DNA of 64,000 nt from positions 307,944 through 371,943 of the forward strand of contig KV454018.1 of assembly GCA_001661245.1 (NCBI GenBank). Reading direction: 5' to 3'. This document shows positions 36,181 to 45,853 of the stretch, one piece after another. The notes under the pieces were generated by a model that did no database searches, had not been told where the DNA came from, and saw only the letters and a program-made list of their open reading frames with translations. This DNA comes from Pachysolen tannophilus NRRL Y-2460. Its lineage: Eukaryota. The first letter of the stretch is position 1. The number at the start of each line of letters is the position of its first letter. Made by a program: the position numbers and the translations under genes.

Positions 36181-37755
36181 TTATTTGCTATATTTTAGAC
36201 CGTCTTCCCCACCAACGTATAAACTACTACCACAAGCTGGTTTAGAAATAACAATTGCTTCTTTTAATTCTGCTTCCGTGATAGTAGGGAATTTTTTCTT
36301 GTAGTACTTTTCGATTAAGGCTTTTTCAACGGTTGATACTTTATCTGAAGGTATTAGATGAACAGTACAACCACCCCAACCTGCTCCAGTTAATCTTGAT
36401 CCTGTACTACCAGCCAGTCTTGCAATAGAACAAACTTCATCAATTTCAGAACATGAACAACCATAGTTTGAATCACATGATTTTTGAGATTCATCCATTA
36501 ATTCACCAAATTTAGTGAAAAATTCTAAAGAATCTGAAGGTTTTGATTCTAATAAGAATAATGCATCCAAGACTCTTAATTCTTCCGAATAAGTATGTTT
36601 TGCACGTTTATACAATTGTAATTTATCAAAAATAACAGTATTTTTACTCAAGAATTTTTCTTTATAACCTTCTACCGATAAACCAATACCAGAAGCAGCT
36701 TGTTCAAGAGTGTAACCTTCATCTTTTAATTCAAATGTCTTTTCAACTAATTCCAACATCTTGTTTAATCTTTTCTTACCTTCAGAAGCATCACCGTTCC
36801 AAGGAGGAGAGTTATGATATTTAGCATAATACAGATCCATGAAGCTACTTAAAGTTCCAGTAGACAAACCACTATCCTGTTTCAATATATCATTCACGCC
36901 ATATGAACGAGCTAAAAATTCAGCAGCAGAGCAGACTTCCACAACCCTTAGATTATAATTTCTCGGAGCAGTCTCATGCTTATTAGAAACCACCAAGGTA
37001 TTTGCAATTAAAAATGAAATTGGTGGCTTTGTATCTGGGAATTTAAACAGGGTACAACTTAATTTTGGTTTAAACTGAACATATAAAGCATGATCTCTCT
37101 CACCATAAATTGAAGCGGTCTGATCCATTCCACCAGTATTGACACCAACATATTTTTCAGAGACAACACAAATCTTTGATAAATTTTCCCTTGTTAATAA
37201 CGATTCCTCAATATCGTTCACTTTCAAACAAGCCAAGGCAACACTACATGCAAATGCAGCAGAAGAACTCAACCCACCACCTATAGGAACAGTACCATCT
37301 GCAATAACTTGTAAACCTTTCAAAGGCTTACCTTTCCTTTCAGGGTAATGCTCCAAGATAAATAAATGAGCTACCAATAAACCACACTTAAAATAATTAG
37401 ACCAATCGCTAATTTTACTATCAATAGATATCAACGACCCATCTTCAGGTAATTCAAATTTCTTCTCAGCAAACTCATTACTCAAATTTTTCAAATGAAT
37501 TTCTCTTGAATCTGCCCTACTCTTGACTGCAATGACAAAATCAACATCAATTGCCAATGGTAAAACCGAAAAATATGAATAATCAATATGCTCCCCAATT
37601 AAATTAACCCTTCCAGGAGATCTCGAGATAAAATCTGGGGTAGCTTTAAAAATTGACTTAAAGCTATCAAAAAGCAGCTTATACCTATCAACTTGCTGAT
37701 CCGGATAAGAATAAAAATCAAGAGTTTTAAATACCGGAATATCTGACTTACTCAT
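36181..37755 (-). CDS. GAL1: Galactokinase, 524 aa
   Basis: RSPGRVNLIGEHIDY, PIGGGLSSSAA, GGMDQ, GSRLTGAGWGG; true ATG at 37755 (MSKSDIP). Confidence 0.97.
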   Translation of the reverse strand: MSKSDIPVFKTLDFYSYPDQQVDRYKLLFDSFKSIFKATPDFISRSPGRVNLIGEHIDYSYFSVLPLAIDVDFVIAVKSRADSREIHLKNLSNEFAEKKFELPEDGSLISIDSKISDWSNYFKCGLLVAHLFILEHYPERKGKPLKGLQVIADGTVPIGGGLSSSAAFACSVALACLKVNDIEESLLTRENLSKICVVSEKYVGVNTGGMDQTASIYGERDHALYVQFKPKLSCTLFKFPDTKPPISFLIANTLVVSNKHETAPRNYNLRVVEVCSAAEFLARSYGVNDILKQDSGLSTGTLSSFMDLYYAKYHNSPPWNGDASEGKKRLNKMLELVEKTFELKDEGYTLEQAASGIGLSVEGYKEKFLSKNTVIFDKLQLYKRAKHTYSEELRVLDALFLLESKPSDSLEFFTKFGELMDESQKSCDSNYGCSCSEIDEVCSIARLAGSTGSRLTGAGWGGCTVHLIPSDKVSTVEKALIEKYYKKKFPTITEAELKEAIVISKPACGSSLYVGGEDGLKYSK

Positions 37756-37810
37756 AACGCAAAACCAAAAAGCAAAAAAAAAAANAAAAAACAAAGGAAA
37801 AGAAAAGAAA

Positions 37811-37901
37811 NNNNNNNNNNNNNNNNNNNNNNNNNNNNNNNNNNNNNNNNNNNNNNNNNNNNNNNNNNNNNNNNNNNNNNNNNNNNNNNNNNNNNNNNNN
37901 N
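37811..37901. other. Assembly gap (N run)
   Basis: 91 N. Confidence 0.99.
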
Positions 37902-38685
37902 CTTTGTATCTGGGAATTTAAACAGGGTACAACTTAATTTTGGTTTAAACTGAACATATAAAGCATGATCTCTCTCACCATAAATTGAAGCGGTCTGATC
38001 CATTCCACCAGTATTGACACCAACATATTTTTCAGAGACAACACAAATCTTTGATAAATTTTCCCTTGTTAATAACGATTCCTCAATATCGTTCACTTTC
38101 AAACAAGCCAAGGCAACACTACATGCAAATGCAGCAGAAGAACTCAACCCACCACCTATAGGAACAGTACCATCTGCAATAACTTGTAAACCTTTCAAAG
38201 GCTTACCTTTCCTTTCAGGGTAATGCTCCAAGATAAATAAATGAGCTACCAATAAACCACACTTAAAATAATTAGACCAATCGCTAATTTTACTATCAAT
38301 AGATATCAACGACCCATCTTCAGGTAATTCAAATTTCTTCTCAGCAAACTCATTACTCAAATTTTTCAAATGAATTTCTCTTGAATCTGCCCTACTCTTG
38401 ACTGCAATGACAAAATCAACATCAATTGCCAATGGTAAAACCGAAAAATATGAATAATCAATATGCTCCCCAATTAAATTAACCCTTCCAGGAGATCTCG
38501 AGATAAAATCTGGGGTAGCTTTAAAAATTGACTTAAAGCTATCAAAAAGCAGCTTATACCTATCAACTTGCTGATCCGGATAAGAATAAAAATCAAGAGT
38601 TTTAAATACCGGAATATCTGACTTACTCATAACGCAAAAACCAAAAAGCAAAAAAAAAAAAAAAAAAACAAGGAAAGAAAGAATC
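37902..38685 (-). repeat. Direct duplicate of the GAL1 5' half and leader (copy of about 37027-37810); probable assembly overlap artefact
   Basis: Apparently identical coding sequence at offset 875, abutting the gap; differs only in A-tract lengths; ATG at 38630. Confidence 0.85.
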
Positions 38686-39300
38686 AATTAACTTCTTCTT
38701 CTTCTTTTTATTATTATTATTATTAAAATTTGACAGCGACTCAAACTATTATCGAAAAAACTGGGGACTTCCCACCGGTATATATGTGTCAAGAGTATCT
38801 ATCGTCCGTTCTGAATTTTCGTGGGGTTTCCGAACAAAATTTTTCAACTTATGCAGGTATTAAAGGGAAGGTGACGTTACTTTATTTCTCCACCAATGCA
38901 TGTTTTCGTGCATGCTTTTCTCCGTCCAAACAATATGTCCCAAAAGGAAGACCAGCCTAAGTAACTAAGAACCAATAAATATAATTGAATAATTTGAAAC
39001 TTTGTAAAATGGGAAGGTCAAAAGAGGTTTTTTGAAATATATAATTAATTATAAACAAAACATAACGTGTGAAAGTTTGAAAAGCTTTAATTTGGTTTGT
39101 TTTTCTGGTAGGCTAATTAATCATTTGAGAATTTCTGTCTTCCGAATTGATATAACAGTTTTCCGAAATAGATCTGGGGTAAGAGGTATATAAAAGTATC
39201 GAGAAACTTGGAATTTAACATTGATCCTTCTTGTTTGTTCTTTCTTTCTTTTTTTTTAGTTCATTCATTCATTTTGCAGTCATAGTGTTTTATACAAAAT
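38631..39300. promoter_or_regulatory. Divergent GAL1-GAL10 promoter
   Basis: Mig1-like CTGGGG/GTGGGG at 38761, 38821, 39174; GAAGGTGACGTTAC at 38867-80; Rgt1-like rc sites at 39138 and 39159; TATATAAA near 39187; no CGG-N11-CCG seen. Confidence 0.65.
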
Positions 39301-41370
39301 ATGTCTTACATTTTGGTTACTGGTGGTGCTGGGTATATCGGTTCGCATACCGTTGTGGAATTGGTAAATAATGGTTACAACGTTGTTGTTGTTGATAACT
39401 TAGTTAATTCTTCTTATGATGTTATTGTAAGAATTGAGGTGTTGACTAGGAAACAAATTCCTTTCTTCAAGATTGATTTGAATGATCATGATGCGTTGGA
39501 TCAAGTTTTTAAACTGTATCCTATCCAAGCTGTTTTGCACTTTGCTGCTTTGAAAGCAGTTGGTGAATCTACTAAATTCCCATTAAATTATTATAGTAAT
39601 AATGTTGGGGGTGCAATTAGTTTGCTAAAAGTTATGGAAGAAAACAATGTTAAAAACATTGTTTTCAGTTCTTCTGCAACGGTTTATGGGGATGCTACAA
39701 GGTTTGAAAATATGATTCCAATCCCTGAACATTGTCCAACGGGACCTACAAACCCATATGGTGAAACCAAGATTACCATTGAAAACATTATCAGGGACGT
39801 TTATGCTAATGATAAGTCATGGAAATGTGCAATCTTAAGGTATTTCAATCCAATTGGTGCTCATCCTTCTGGTTTAATAGGAGAAGATCCTTTAGGTATA
39901 CCTAATAATTTGCTCCCTTTCTTAGCTCAAGTCGCTATTGGTAGAAGGGAAAAATTAAGTGTCTTTGGAAGTGATTATAATTCCAAAGATGGTACTCCTA
40001 TAAGAGACTACATTCACGTGATCGATTTAGCAAAAGGTCACATTGCTGCTTTAAATTATCTTTTCAACCATAAAGATAATGGTCTTTGTAGAGAATGGAA
40101 TCTTGGAACAGGTAATGGTTCTACAGTCTTTGAAGTTTTCAATGCCTTTTGTGAGGCAGTTGGTAAAAAATTGCCATTTGAAGTTGTTGGTAGAAGAGAT
40201 GGTGATGTCTTAAATTTAACTGCAAATCCAAAGAGAGCAAATACAGAATTAAAATGGAAAGCTCAATTATCGATTAATGATGCTTGTAAAGATTTATGGA
40301 ATTGGACTACGAAAAATCCATTTGGTTTCCAAATAAACAATTATTCATGGACTAAATTTGATTCTGAATCGTTGACAAATTATGATAGATTAAATACTGT
40401 AAGGACTTTTAACGGTAAATTTGAAGTTTCAATTTCAAATCATGGTGCTACAATTGTTGCAGCTAAATTAAACGGAATTAAATTAAATTTGGGTTTTGAT
40501 AATTTGAAAGGCTATTTAAGAGAAGATAATCCATTCTTTGGGGCTACTATTGGTAGAGTTGCTAACAGAATTTCTAAAGGTGATTTACTCATTAATGGAA
40601 CCCATTACCAAGTTGGTTTAAATGAGCTGCATCGTACATCACTTCATGGTGGTACTTATGGTTATAACAAGAGGACTTTCTTGGGTCCAATTGTTAAGAC
40701 AAACGAGAAGGAAAAGGAAACTACCATGGAATTTGTCTTGATTGATTTAGATGGTACTGAAGGATATCCAGGTGATGTCGAGACTAAAGTCATCTATACA
40801 GTTAGAGATACCGGTGTAGGAGGTGAGCTTGGTATTGAATATGAGGCTAAGTTATTAGAAGAAAGTGGTCGTGATTCCACAGCAGTTAGCTTAACCAATC
40901 ATTCTTATTGGAATATTGGTAATCAACCTTCAATTGAGGGAACTCACATTAAATTAGTTTCAAATAAACATTTGGAGAGTAATCCTCTGGATTCAACTCC
41001 AACTGGTAAAATTGTTACTTCAACTGATTTGGATTCCCAAAATTCTGCCAAATTAGGTCCAGATGGTCCTGTATTTGACTATTGTTTTGTCACAAAACAA
41101 CAGGATAAGTTGGATACAAGAAATGACGAGCTACGTGTTGTTGCAACTGCAACACACCCAAAGACGAGAATTGCATTCACTACTTTGACCACAGAACCTG
41201 CATTCCAATTCTACACTGGTGACGGTGTCGATGTTGCTGGAGTTTTCACCAAGAGAAGTGGATTCTGTCTTGAAGCTAGCAGATACATCTATAACCCAAA
41301 ATGGTTTATTCCTTTGAATAAAGGGGAAGTTTACGGTTCATATACCATTTACAGGTTCGAGAATTTTTAA
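39301..41370 (+). CDS. GAL10: Bifunctional UDP-glucose 4-epimerase / aldose 1-epimerase
   Basis: GGAGYIGSH, SSSATVYG, YGETK, LRYFNPIGAH; mutarotase domain GRVANRI, LHGG, TNHSYWN, QFYTG, GFCLE. Confidence 0.98.
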   Translation: MSYILVTGGAGYIGSHTVVELVNNGYNVVVVDNLVNSSYDVIVRIEVLTRKQIPFFKIDLNDHDALDQVFKLYPIQAVLHFAALKAVGESTKFPLNYYSNNVGGAISLLKVMEENNVKNIVFSSSATVYGDATRFENMIPIPEHCPTGPTNPYGETKITIENIIRDVYANDKSWKCAILRYFNPIGAHPSGLIGEDPLGIPNNLLPFLAQVAIGRREKLSVFGSDYNSKDGTPIRDYIHVIDLAKGHIAALNYLFNHKDNGLCREWNLGTGNGSTVFEVFNAFCEAVGKKLPFEVVGRRDGDVLNLTANPKRANTELKWKAQLSINDACKDLWNWTTKNPFGFQINNYSWTKFDSESLTNYDRLNTVRTFNGKFEVSISNHGATIVAAKLNGIKLNLGFDNLKGYLREDNPFFGATIGRVANRISKGDLLINGTHYQVGLNELHRTSLHGGTYGYNKRTFLGPIVKTNEKEKETTMEFVLIDLDGTEGYPGDVETKVIYTVRDTGVGGELGIEYEAKLLEESGRDSTAVSLTNHSYWNIGNQPSIEGTHIKLVSNKHLESNPLDSTPTGKIVTSTDLDSQNSAKLGPDGPVFDYCFVTKQQDKLDTRNDELRVVATATHPKTRIAFTTLTTEPAFQFYTGDGVDVAGVFTKRSGFCLEASRYIYNPKWFIPLNKGEVYGSYTIYRFENF

Positions 41371-41845
41371 AATTAAAAAAACCTACTAAAAACTATGGAT
41401 GATGCGATGATCTTATTTTCTTTATTTTTTTTTTTCTTCATTTTCTTTACGTTTTCATTTTACCTCTTGCTTCCTCTTTTTATTTATGCAAAAACAAAAA
41501 TTTAATGATGCTATATAACAGCACACTTTATCATTTTTAACAGAAAACCTAATTAGCTTGTAATGTAAGTTGTAAGTGGATTTTTTGCTCAACTTGAGTA
41601 AGAGTTGTAAGCGATCTTAACAATCATTAAAAGAGAGACAGGTATTCTTCAATTGCGATTACAGCAATCAAAGCAAACCAGAATATACGTTTGACAATGA
41701 AACAAAATAATTTTTGGAGTCACCATGGGTCAATCTCTCCATTTGAATAAACAGTATAATATAATATACCTGATGTAAACACATTCAGCAAAAACATACA
41801 GCAAAAGCACTTACATTGCGATCGTGGCAATCGACCATCTCCTAA

Positions 41846-41935
41846 GCGGATTTAGCTCAGTTGGGAGAGCGTTAGACTGAAGACGTGCTAAGCGCTGCAA
41901 TCTAAAGGTCCTGTGTTCGATCCACAGAATTCGCA
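41846..41935 (+). tRNA. tRNA-Phe (GAA) with 17-nt intron (41883-41899)
   Basis: GCGGATTTAGCTCAGTTGGGAGAGC...GAA (41879-81)...GGTCCTGTGTTCGATCCACAGAATTCGCA followed by a poly-T Pol III terminator; anticodon stem TTAGA/TCTAA. Confidence 0.97.
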
Positions 41936-42200
41936 ACTTTTTTTTTTTTTTTAGTACAATTATTCTATTAGTACTACTAGTACTAGTACTACTCACGAAT
42001 GCTAACAGTTGATAGTTGATAAACTTATATATGTATATATATACCTGAGTTGACTTTTAGTTCGAAATAATTCTATGATTTATGGCTATATAAGAAATAT
42101 AAAAGTGAAGAAAAAGAAAAAAAAAAAAAGAAAAAAAGAAAAAGTAATGAAGAAGGAAGGAAGTAAACAGTTAAAATCAAGACTGTTTTGAATTTTTATT

Positions 42201-43652
42201 TTATTTTGATTTCTTCAATGTATCGGTATTAATTCTGATATCAACCATTCCTACACCAATAAAGGAAATTAAAGCAATGAATATGAAAAATGAGATTGAT
42301 AATGCTTTTTTAAATAAATCATATTTTGTTAATCTATATTTGATTATCACCTGTGTATTTCTCATTTCATCTACTAAATTTGTAAAATTCATGCTAACTT
42401 CAGTATGTCCTTCTGTAATATCCAAATATGAATAAAATTGTTCGACATTGTAATCTTCGAAAACAATTGATGATGAAACATTCAATATTTGTGAACCTGA
42501 GGGCAAATATGCTTTAAATTGTAATTTATTATATCCACAGTCAATTGGACCGTTAAATAATGGGACTTTTAAGATAAATTCATCATTACCTAAATCGACC
42601 AAATAATTACTTAATGGGTTTGTAAAACCAATAGTGAAATTATAATGCCAACCACCAAATATTGGGAAACGAGGCCTTAATAATAAGTTTGAACCAATGA
42701 CACTTGATGTTGAGACATTTCCAACAAGGTCAGTATAATAAATTTCAGTAGTTTCATCATCCATAATTGGGATATCAATTGAATTAATTGTTGGATTTAA
42801 TTTAGTACCTAATCTTTTTTTCATATAATCCACTCTTGAAAATCCATTTTTCAAAGCTGCACCTTTATTTGTCAATTCGTAATTTTCTTCAACTTGTATC
42901 GTGGAAGCCCAATGAGAAACCCAATAACCTCTTTCCAAATTGTCAATGTACATTAATGGATGAACTCTATCATATAATATTGCCATTGGTATTTGTTCAA
43001 GTAAAGGTTCATTTGACAAATCAAACGGTCCATATTCTATTATCTTATTATCCACAACATGACTTGCATATTTCTCAAATACTGACAGAGGAACTTGTGG
43101 AAGTCTTAATTCATTTGCGGCACCTTGGAATCCGGTAAATTTTAAATCATATGTCTTGGTAGGATAGATTGATAAAGGTAATTTATTTGTTTGAAATACT
43201 AAACTTTGTTTATCATCCATTTCAACTTTTTCTGGTAATGGCTTAATTTGATTATTATATATCAAAGAAACAGCAAATTTTATTGTTGCCTTTGGTGCAA
43301 TAGGGAAAGGCATTGTAATTCTGAAAAATTTCAAATTTTTTAAATTAAAATCATCTTCAACTGGTTCAACAATTAAAGCCATTTGTCTACCTTTCTTCTC
43401 AATAGTAGGAAGAAATAAAGCAAGATCTTCAGACAGCTCTTCTGGAATCGGAAAATAATAATAGCTTTCAGGTTGAGATGCAACATTTTGAATCTGAATA
43501 TTAACCGATTCTTTAACATAAGATCTCAGTAAATCTATATTTCTAGAAAGCTCAACATTTTCCCAAGTACTCTCCGCAACAATTGATTCAGAACAAACCA
43601 ACGAAAACACAAACGTAAGTAAAACGGAAATATGAAAAACCACTTTCATCAT
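42201..43652 (-). CDS. OST1: Oligosaccharyltransferase alpha subunit (ribophorin I)
   Basis: Signal peptide, WVSHW, FSRVDY, YYTDLVGNVSTS, PRFPIFGGWHYNFTIG, C-terminal TM segment. Confidence 0.94.
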   Translation of the reverse strand: MMKVVFHISVLLTFVFSLVCSESIVAESTWENVELSRNIDLLRSYVKESVNIQIQNVASQPESYYYFPIPEELSEDLALFLPTIEKKGRQMALIVEPVEDDFNLKNLKFFRITMPFPIAPKATIKFAVSLIYNNQIKPLPEKVEMDDKQSLVFQTNKLPLSIYPTKTYDLKFTGFQGAANELRLPQVPLSVFEKYASHVVDNKIIEYGPFDLSNEPLLEQIPMAILYDRVHPLMYIDNLERGYWVSHWASTIQVEENYELTNKGAALKNGFSRVDYMKKRLGTKLNPTINSIDIPIMDDETTEIYYTDLVGNVSTSSVIGSNLLLRPRFPIFGGWHYNFTIGFTNPLSNYLVDLGNDEFILKVPLFNGPIDCGYNKLQFKAYLPSGSQILNVSSSIVFEDYNVEQFYSYLDITEGHTEVSMNFTNLVDEMRNTQVIIKYRLTKYDLFKKALSISFFIFIALISFIGVGMVDIRINTDTLKKSK

Positions 43653-43842
43653 TTCCTATTCAGAGAAATCAATTTAATTCCTCTTTCCTAATAAGTTATC
43701 AATCTACTTATATATATTCAACTACTTACTATATAAACACGTACTTGCTTTCCCACCAAAATTCGGGGTTGATGAAAAAACTGAAAAGAAAAAAATCAAA
43801 AAACAAAAAAAAAAAAAAAAAAAATTCCAAAAACAGTGTATA

Positions 43843-43860
43843 ACTTCCTAATTAGGAAGT
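43843..43860. promoter_or_regulatory. Perfect 18-bp palindrome ACTTCCTAATTAGGAAGT (Mcm1/CArG-type)
   Basis: Core CCTAATTAGG = CC(A/T)6GG; a second ECB-like TTTCCCGATTTGGAAA lies at 44204-19 and an RRPE (rc) at 44227-36. Confidence 0.6.
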
Positions 43861-44413
43861 CAAAAGAGGTACCAAAAATGAGGATTTTTTTATTTCTTTG
43901 GGCCAACACACAATTAAGACTAACTAAAACCAAAATAGAAGAGTAATCTTGGATTGTAGTCTGATCCTTGGGTCAATACCATGCCTGTCTAAAAAAAAAC
44001 TATATTTACAATGATACAGCTACACCTTCTTTTGTTTTGCATCTGTGTGAGACGGGTTTCTAAAGACAAGATAAATGTAAAAGAAAAATCGTGCATATAA
44101 TTACAAAATAAAAATATTACAAAAGGTAGTGTATAAAAGCAAAAAGTCGTGTTTAAAAAAGGTAGTGTATACAAATAAATGGTCGTGCAATATATTTAGT
44201 AACTTTCCCGATTTGGAAAGAGCTGCAAATTTTTCAAATGTAAAGAAAAAGAACCAGCAAAGAGAGAGTGTGTGAGTGGTAGGTAGAGCAGTACTATTGA
44301 TGTTGTAGACATATATATATATATATATAAATAAATATATATATTTCGAATTTGAGTCGGGTTCTTGGGTTCTTGGGTTATTTTTTTTTCATTGATCAGC
44401 GTTTCGTGTTAGT

Positions 44414-45325
44414 ATGTCGCAGGTTCAGGAGATCAAGGGTTTTTTAGTTTTGCCCGTGAGGTTAGAGCCTACTGTTGTCCAGCAAAAGCTAAAGTATAAT
44501 AATGAAGGTCTGATATATCATTATATATATTTGAAAAAACATTCTGTGAAGAGAGATTTGAAATCAATGGAAAAAGATGATGAAAGATCATTATTTATAG
44601 CGAACTTGCCTATTAATACTGATTTAAAAACTATCAAATTATTTTTTGGGATGATTGCTACAGGTGCAATAGTGGAAAAATTTGAACAAAATGATTTTAA
44701 TACTTTTGATATTGATATAAATTTAACCAAATTAACAAGTGAAATGAATGAAAAAACAGAAGTTTCAAATTCAGATTATTCATATATACCCTTTGGTTGT
44801 GGGATAGTAACATTTTTGGATAAAAATGGATTAAATTTGGCTTTACAATCTATCAAGAAATTAATAAAGAAAGGAAATGATAATCTCCCCATTTGGGAAT
44901 TTAATAAAGAATTAACAGGTTTAGAATATTTGAAAAAAAAAATTCTTAGTCAAGAGTACTTGGATGAAAATGAATTATCTGAAAAAGTTGCAAAAGATAT
45001 GCATAATTTCAATTTAAAAGAACAACAATCTCTTGATGAGTTGAATGAAATGAAAGATATTGTAGATGAAGATGGTTTTACATTGGTTGTTAGTTCTCAC
45101 AGAAAGACTAAAAATGGTATATTTGGTAAATTGAAATCATCTGCTCAACTGGAAAAACATGAAATAATTAACTTGAAACAGAAAAAGAAAGAAAAACAAG
45201 ATTTCTATAGATTTCAACTTAGAGAACGGAAAAAGCAAGAAATGAATGATTTATTACTGAAATTTAAAGAAGATCAAGAAAAAGTTAAAATTATGAAAGA
45301 GAAAAGAAGATTTAAACCTTATTGA
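44414..45325 (+). CDS. RRP7: rRNA processing protein Rrp7
   Basis: LFIANLP, VDEDGFTLV, DFYRFQLRERKK, RRFKPY C-terminus. Confidence 0.95.
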   Translation: MSQVQEIKGFLVLPVRLEPTVVQQKLKYNNEGLIYHYIYLKKHSVKRDLKSMEKDDERSLFIANLPINTDLKTIKLFFGMIATGAIVEKFEQNDFNTFDIDINLTKLTSEMNEKTEVSNSDYSYIPFGCGIVTFLDKNGLNLALQSIKKLIKKGNDNLPIWEFNKELTGLEYLKKKILSQEYLDENELSEKVAKDMHNFNLKEQQSLDELNEMKDIVDEDGFTLVVSSHRKTKNGIFGKLKSSAQLEKHEIINLKQKKKEKQDFYRFQLRERKKQEMNDLLLKFKEDQEKVKIMKEKRRFKPY

Positions 45326-45853
45326 TTGTATATTCAAACTACATCATTTTTAATTTAATTTCCACATCATCATTCCATTCGCATTATAAAAAAAATCCGT
45401 CAAGAGTTGTTGTAGTAATAAACATAATTTCGTATCTATAATATATGAACATAATAAAAAAAAAAATAAATAATAATAATAATGTAAGTCCTTAAAAAAA
45501 CCTTTTTAAAAAAAATAAAAGAATCTATAGTACCATCTCCAGTAATTCGTAAAGTATATATATCCATATACATATATATATATATCTTCCCTTTTTTTTT
45601 TTTTTTTTTTTTTTGTTTTTGCTGAATTTCGTTTTTCTTCTTGCTTTTTATTAAAAATTTTTTTGTTAATGCTAATTTCTTTTATAAAAAAACCATTCCA
45701 TGTATACTATTTGGAACTATGTCTCATACAACTGTTGTCATATCCATATAAAATTATGAGTCAATATATAAATAAAAATTTCACTGTTTTATAAAAAATT
45801 TAAATATTGTCGAGTCCACTATTTTTCAAACTAAAATATTCTTCAAAATAATT

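Noticed and set aside
37752..38687. Second galactokinase gene or GAL3-like paralogue
   Set aside because: Apparently identical to GAL1 and truncated at the N gap; treated as a probable assembly artefact.
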